Made by a program: the position numbers and the translations under genes. Source: Paraglomus brasilianum (Eukaryota). From it: a stretch of 55,111 nt of DNA. This document shows positions 49,623-55,111 of this stretch, one piece after another. The notes beneath the pieces were generated by a model. It did no database searches. It was not told the origin of the DNA and saw only the letters and a program-made list of their open reading frames with translations. The DNA is taken from assembly GCA_910592345.1 (NCBI GenBank), contig CAJVPI010000096.1, positions 1-55,111 of the forward strand. The letters run 5' to 3'. The first letter of the stretch is position 1. The number at the start of each line of letters is the position of its first letter.

Positions 49623-51400
49623 ATGACGGCTTTAGAATCTTCACAAATTACTTTTCGACAAACCTTAAATTTTGTTAGCATTGTTTATCGCATACAAAAT
49701 ATTGATAACGATGCTATTCGTGTAGAGTTTTATTCGGAATCAGTTGAGTGTAGCATTAATAAACATTACATTAGTGTATGTATTTTTCCTATTAATGTAA
49801 CTTTGTTTTATTCTCCCTCGTCCGCTCTCTTTTTGTTAGACTATTATCACTTTATCCAGCACGTCGTCTTCATATGTCATATATCATCTGCAGACTGATA
49901 TATCTGCAAATACATACTCAGTATCGTCATCAAACATAGTCGTTGTATTGAAGAAAATAGATAAGATAGAATGGCTATCTCTCAAATTTCTATACAACGG
50001 TGTAGAAGAAGTGAGGTACTTTCTGACGGTAAAAAAATTTTGAGATAAAAGCCTTTAGTATCTGTAAATATTGCTGAGCTGTATCTAGCGCATATCTAAA
50101 TATGTTCCATTTCTAGGCAGAGGATAGTACATTCCCTCAGATAACATCAATTCCAATAACAAAAAACCGAGAAGATATTGGTAAACCAAACCAGCATTAA
50201 TCTTAGCTATAGCACCAGGAAAATCAGAACCATATTATTCATGCTTGGCCAAAACATCAAACGACAAGTCTTTAGTTTTTTACGCATGCATTATCCTGAT
50301 TGCATTTGTCCATGTTTTCTGCTGTGTGTAGTTGTATTTATAAGCTAATCAGATTGTGCATGTCAATTTGGAACATATATCAGATTATGATTGCAAATAC
50401 ACAATGTCGCATGAAAATTCGTGTCTATATTAAACTGACATATTTCAGATGGAAATTTATGTTTATTCCAAATGTCAAATTGAATGTATTAATTGTATTA
50501 ATCTAATTTCTATTTGTATACACATTAGTACTATTACATAACTGTATAAGAGGCACATATATATTGATGTCTAGCTCCAATGATAAGCAATGTCATAGAT
50601 AAAATGAAAAGCATTAGAAATTTCAAAAAAAAAGTGTCCAGCTTCCAATAACATTTGTACTATTATAATTATGTACAATATTTTATGTAATGTATGATAA
50701 CTGGTAAAAGCCATCACTACTTACACCTTACGCTTTACACACCTTACACCTTACGCTTACACAGATCAAATCTAATTATTGCGGAGGAAGGAAGAGATTA
50801 CAGAGTTAACCATAAAAGTTTAATTAATGAATGAGAATATTGACAATGAGATCATTTTAGCTTCTCTGGTGCTGTTATCTTTCCTAACAAAGATAATCTG
50901 ATGGTAACCGAGTTCATATGTAATTATATATATTACCATAACAAGTCATTCAAATGGGAAAGAGAATTCAAAAAGCATTTTTGAATAAAAACTGCTTTGC
51001 CTTCTACTAAATCCCAATTTTTAACCTGGTTACAGTATTTGTTGATCAAGAAGATTGTTGCTTTGCTCAACTCTTTTAAATACTCACTAAGCCAGGAGAA
51101 TGTTGGCCTGAGGAGATAACTTGAATTGTTTATGAATATTATTACTCGCTATTTGTTCTGGGATGTAAATGCTGATGTGCTAGTATATACAGTAAATTCG
51201 CTAGTACTAACATGCACAATAAGGTAAGTATGTTTTGTAAACGCATGATTTCTTTATCCAATTTATCTAAGAGTGCTTTCTAATACAATATTCTGTGATA
51301 CCAGGCAAGTTACTCACAAAAAAAACCTGAAAATGCTTCTTGACAAAGATGCGTCCATGCTCTCTCTCTGGCTAACTCTCGGTCGTCAAATCCTATAAAT
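49623..51400 (+). pseudogene. CS (p23/Sgt1-like) domain gene: open 5' exons 49623-49775, 49840-50010, 50117-50180; downstream exons decayed
   Basis: Spliced ITFRQTLNFVSIVYRIQNIDNDAIRVEFYSES...TYSVSSSNIVVVLKKIDKIEWLSL fits the CS pattern (W/F-x-Q-T...V-E-F...L-K-K...W-x-x-L). Later exon-like blocks (about 51035-51223) contain in-frame TAA/TGA. Confidence 0.5.
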
Positions 51401-52042
51401 TACAGTCGGTAACTTTTTAATACTCACAATTTCTTATAATCGATTTTGTATACACAGACTTTCGACTGCTAATTAAACTGTAATGATAACCTCTAATTCT
51501 ATCGATGGTAAGGTAAACGCGTTGTAAACAGTTAATTAACGGTCATATTTCGCCAATTTTGAAATCGACGGATAAGATTCACGCTACTGATGTGGCATCT
51601 GCGGTTAACACGTCATAATCAATAGCAAATAGCAATGGCCAGGAAATAGTACGGCCGATTATCATTCCAGACTGAAATACTGGTTTATTATGATAGAAGT
51701 AAGATAATACAAGTAAGTAAGGAATGTTAAGATCCAAAGAGCTAGTATCCTAAGATAGCAGAAGATGATATTAGTTAGCGGAAATTGCACACATTCTATC
51801 AGTCCGCTAACTAACAAACTGATTATAGGACTCTACGACTATATTCTGAGTCAAGTTTGGCAATTGGCTCATCCGTTTCACCGCACCGAATGTCGATCGT
51901 CAAATCCTCGTACTACAAACGATGTGAAATGAATGGCGAAGAATATTCTTCGGAATACGTCAGCTAATTACCCTGACAAATGCTGTAATCGGTCGATGAC
52001 AGTTCCTTTTGAACGGAAAAAAGGTGTTGGAACATTGACTTC

Positions 52043-52063
52043 CGTTATATCGAGTTTCACTTG
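52043..52063. mobile_element. Solo pogo-type TIR
   Basis: CGTTATATCGAGTTTCACTTG|TA is the inverse of CAAGTGAAACTCGATATAACG, close to the 28891 end CAAGTGGGTCTCGATATAACG. Confidence 0.5.
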
Positions 52064-52944
52064 TATATCTCTTATGTCTCATCTCGTCAGCAATTTTAAC
52101 CATACTTTGAATCCGTACATTTTAAACATGACATGTAAAAAGTCTCAGGGATGAATAATAAATTAACTCATATAATGAGGTTCTTTCAGAGCTCCGAAAA
52201 TTCAATCTGTGGGATTAATTATGAACTTACGATATTAGTAACAAATGTATAGGACAAATTTGTTCTTTTTCCGGAGAATGTAAAACAAGCTTAACTTGGC
52301 AAAAGCTGCGTTTAAAAAATTGTCTTGTTCGCATTATTGAAACATATCAGCAAATAATGTCGTTAAACTGACTTTGTTGAACCATCACGGCTTGAACAAT
52401 ACTGTTACAGAATCTGTAATTATTCATCGCTAGGTTTTCCATAAACAAAACTAGTTTTGTTGATCGGCAATTAATCTGTGCAATATGCAGTCTCATTTAT
52501 TCTGAATTATTTGATATGCTATAAGAATTAGGAATGAACTTTTTAGTATGTCATTTTATTAATTAAACGGTGCGCTAGTACAATTAGAGAAAAGCGTGTG
52601 ATGATCGCCTTCCGGTTCATGTGAATTAATGATTTGTGATACAATTTTACCACGTGCTCGAGTTTACATTTCATGGTTTTTTTACTAGTTTTTGCGGTCG
52701 GTAAATTTCAAAAACGCTAGGGAAAATGTGTCTCTTACACGATGTCGGGGCATGTGTGTTGTACAATTCTTGAGAAAAATGAACACAACGATGTTATCTA
52801 TCATGTTGTGTGTGTTAATATAAATGTCGTTGATAATAATTGATGCGCCCATGAAATAGTTGGGTTTACGCTACATCATCTTCTTGTTTGTGAAGTCGCC
52901 AACGATTGAATTCAGGAATCATTACTAGCTTTTATACAAACAAT

Positions 52945-54270
52945 ATGTTTGACTTACCAGTAGTTGAGAATATATTTGCGATGCTTGGAACTTTGTTTTG
53001 CTCCTTTCAACTAGTTCCACAAGGTAATAGAATTTTTCAAAGACTCCAAAAATCTTTGCTATACGTTAACAACATATTGATACTTGTAAATAGCACATAA
53101 AAACTGGCAGTGTAAGAGCACAGAAGGTATTTAACTTTTAATCAACTGGTATGGCTGGCATGCAACTTTCTAAGTTACTAATTGTTATTTTTGGTAGGAC
53201 TATCATCAAATATGCTGCTTTTATGGGTTGGTATTAGTATAATTGCCATTATACTAAGCAAGAAGTCCGCACGCTAACATTATTTGACAAATATAGGCCT
53301 TTTCCTCAACACTTTTTGGAATATATACGATAATTGAGTCGTTATCAATACCTTTGATACTTCAACCACAATTATTCTGTATAATTGCCCTATTTTGTAA
53401 TGTTCAGTGTTTATACTATGATCAGCACGTCTACCCATTTGACAATGGAAGCATGGAAAGAAAGTTTAAGTACGGAGTAGTGTTTGTGGTACGACTGTTA
53501 GTGCTAGGCGCGATACAAGCAGCTGGAGTTATAGGAGTTAAGGTGAGCATGCTGGCAAATATTAAATTAAATGGCAAACAGAATGCGCTTAGTTTAAAGT
53601 TCTATCATGTTGTAAATCATAGAGTTACTACTTGATATATATTTTGTATTTGTTCACATATTACAATTTATGTTTAAAGATTGCCGAAGAGAAGGAAATA
53701 ACGTGGCCTAAAACAACGTTGGGGATAATTCCAACTGCTATATTGTTGTGCGGATTTATTCCTCAGTTCTATGAAATATATCGTAAGTAGCAATATATTG
53801 TGGTTTATTTTATATTTACCAAGTTATTAAACGACGGGTGTCGTTTTTATTTAGATGCGAAAATGGTTCAAGGAATTTCTCTAATATTCATGGCACTTGA
53901 CATATCTGGTGCAGCTTTCTCGATCTTGAGCTTGCGTGAGTATAACAATGGCATCCATTGTATGTGAGTTCCCAAACCAATCAATATGAACTTGTTTATC
54001 ATCATTCAAGTTCTAAATCCGTGCATGGTGATCGGGATCTCACATACAATTACTCGATTAATATCTGCTTTCAATCAATATTAACTCGTGATTGTTTGTG
54101 TAATTGTACTACTATCTACACAACTATTTATTATACTAGTATTTCGCCAACCTCCGTTTGATACGTTGGCTGCAGCTGGCTATATTTGTATACTTATAGC
54201 CGATACGACCATTGTGATGTTAAGTTTCCTATTGCGACCAAAAAAGGAATCGAAGCGGCTCTTAATGTAA
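52945..54270 (+). CDS. PQ-loop repeat membrane protein (yeast YDR090C/Ilt1-like), 233 aa; exons 52945-53023, 53094-53126, 53198-53226, 53297-53542, 53680-53782, 53855-53935, 54140-54270
   Basis: Two PQ loops: FQLVPQ|AHKNWQCKSTE|GLSSNMLLLW and GFIPQFYEIY|HAKMVQGISLIFMALDISGAAFSILSL. Also IPLILQPQLF and FDTLAAAGY. All introns phase-compatible. Confidence 0.92.
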
Positions 54271-54975
54271 TAGTTTATCTGCTTTCACATATTTTACTTT
54301 GTATTAATTGAAAACTAGAATAATCTTGGAGGCTGTGCCTCTCGTGACTATATTACTTAAGTTTCGTGTGTAATACAGTACATCAAAGAATTCAGTTGGA
54401 GATTTATTATTGCTTTTTGATAAATAGATAATAAAAAAATTGTTGACAAAATAAATATTCGAAGAGGTGAAATATTGCACTTTTCAGATTCATTCTGTAT
54501 TTGAGCAATTCTAAATTTGTGATGGTTATATCAATTTCTAATAATCACGACTGCCTTTTGCATGGGGTTGGTCTGTCTAGTTGACTGGACTTTTTTTGAA
54601 GACTCAAGACTAAGACTAAGGCTCTGACAGGAGCTGATAAAGGGTTTTGCTGTCCATTGTGGTAACGTACGATAGATGACGTGTACAGGTGTAGTTGGCA
54701 GTTTAGAAAGTATTTCGATATCTGACAAACTGTTAACTCCTATATCGTTTAGGAGTAGCTCTTGCCCCGCGATTACTCTTCTTGATATTACGATAACTGT
54801 TCGTATTTGTTACAATTAGAAAACCTATACAATGAACTACCTGTCTATGGTCACACATCTTGCTTTAGAACTGAACCCAATCCAGACACCATTTGTGGTG
54901 ACTATGTAATGGCACGTGATTATTACAAGTTAGCATAATTTAAAGTACGGTGTACCCCAGGTACAAAAGTTACAC

Positions 54976-55010
54976 CTCAGACCTCAGACCTCAGATCTCA
55001 GACCTCCGAC
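54976..55010. repeat. 7-bp tandem repeat (CCTCAGA)n
   Basis: cctcagacctcagacctcagatctcagacctccgac. Confidence 0.75.
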
Positions 55011-55111
55011 CACTATATATGTATATTTCTGTCCATCCTTTTTAGATCACACTTATAAGGTAGACGGGTAATTTGGCGCTACTAAGTGAAATTTTATTAA
55101 CCGTTTATAAC

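Noticed and set aside
54531..54905. Possible 3' exons of a minus-strand gene entering from the window edge
   Set aside because: Splice-like signals exist but the phases are ambiguous and no product is recognisable.

Overview
AT-rich, intron-rich fungal DNA, most likely from a Glomeromycota (arbuscular mycorrhizal) or related Mucoromycota genome. That assignment is inferred from a BTB-BACK-TLDc gene, a 'YQSALG..TN..' coiled-coil family gene, pogo MITEs and short GT-AG introns. Hand-splicing gives about 13 intact protein genes: mitochondrial EF-Ts, an AM-fungal family hypothetical protein, a KCTD-type BTB / uroporphyrinogen-III C-methyltransferase fusion, a BTB-BACK-TLDc protein, an 87-aa spliced ORF that overlaps the start of an EOS1-family gene, three paralogous small surface proteins, a secreted protein, a TRP/FLC-like membrane protein, a cytochrome P450 and a PQ-loop protein. 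There is also tRNA-Asn(GTT), a CS-domain gene with a decayed 3' part, and many Tc1/mariner/pogo relics, several of them nested. The three strongest leads are: (1) a three-exon upstream ORF overlapping EOS1, a candidate bicistronic mRNA; (2) a cluster of three genes built as signal peptide - dibasic site - micro-exon C-G-x-x-C-P loop - Thr-rich stalk - GPI-like tail; (3) the BTB-Met1 fusion. All exon structures and family calls come from manual reading and motif recognition; no searches were run.
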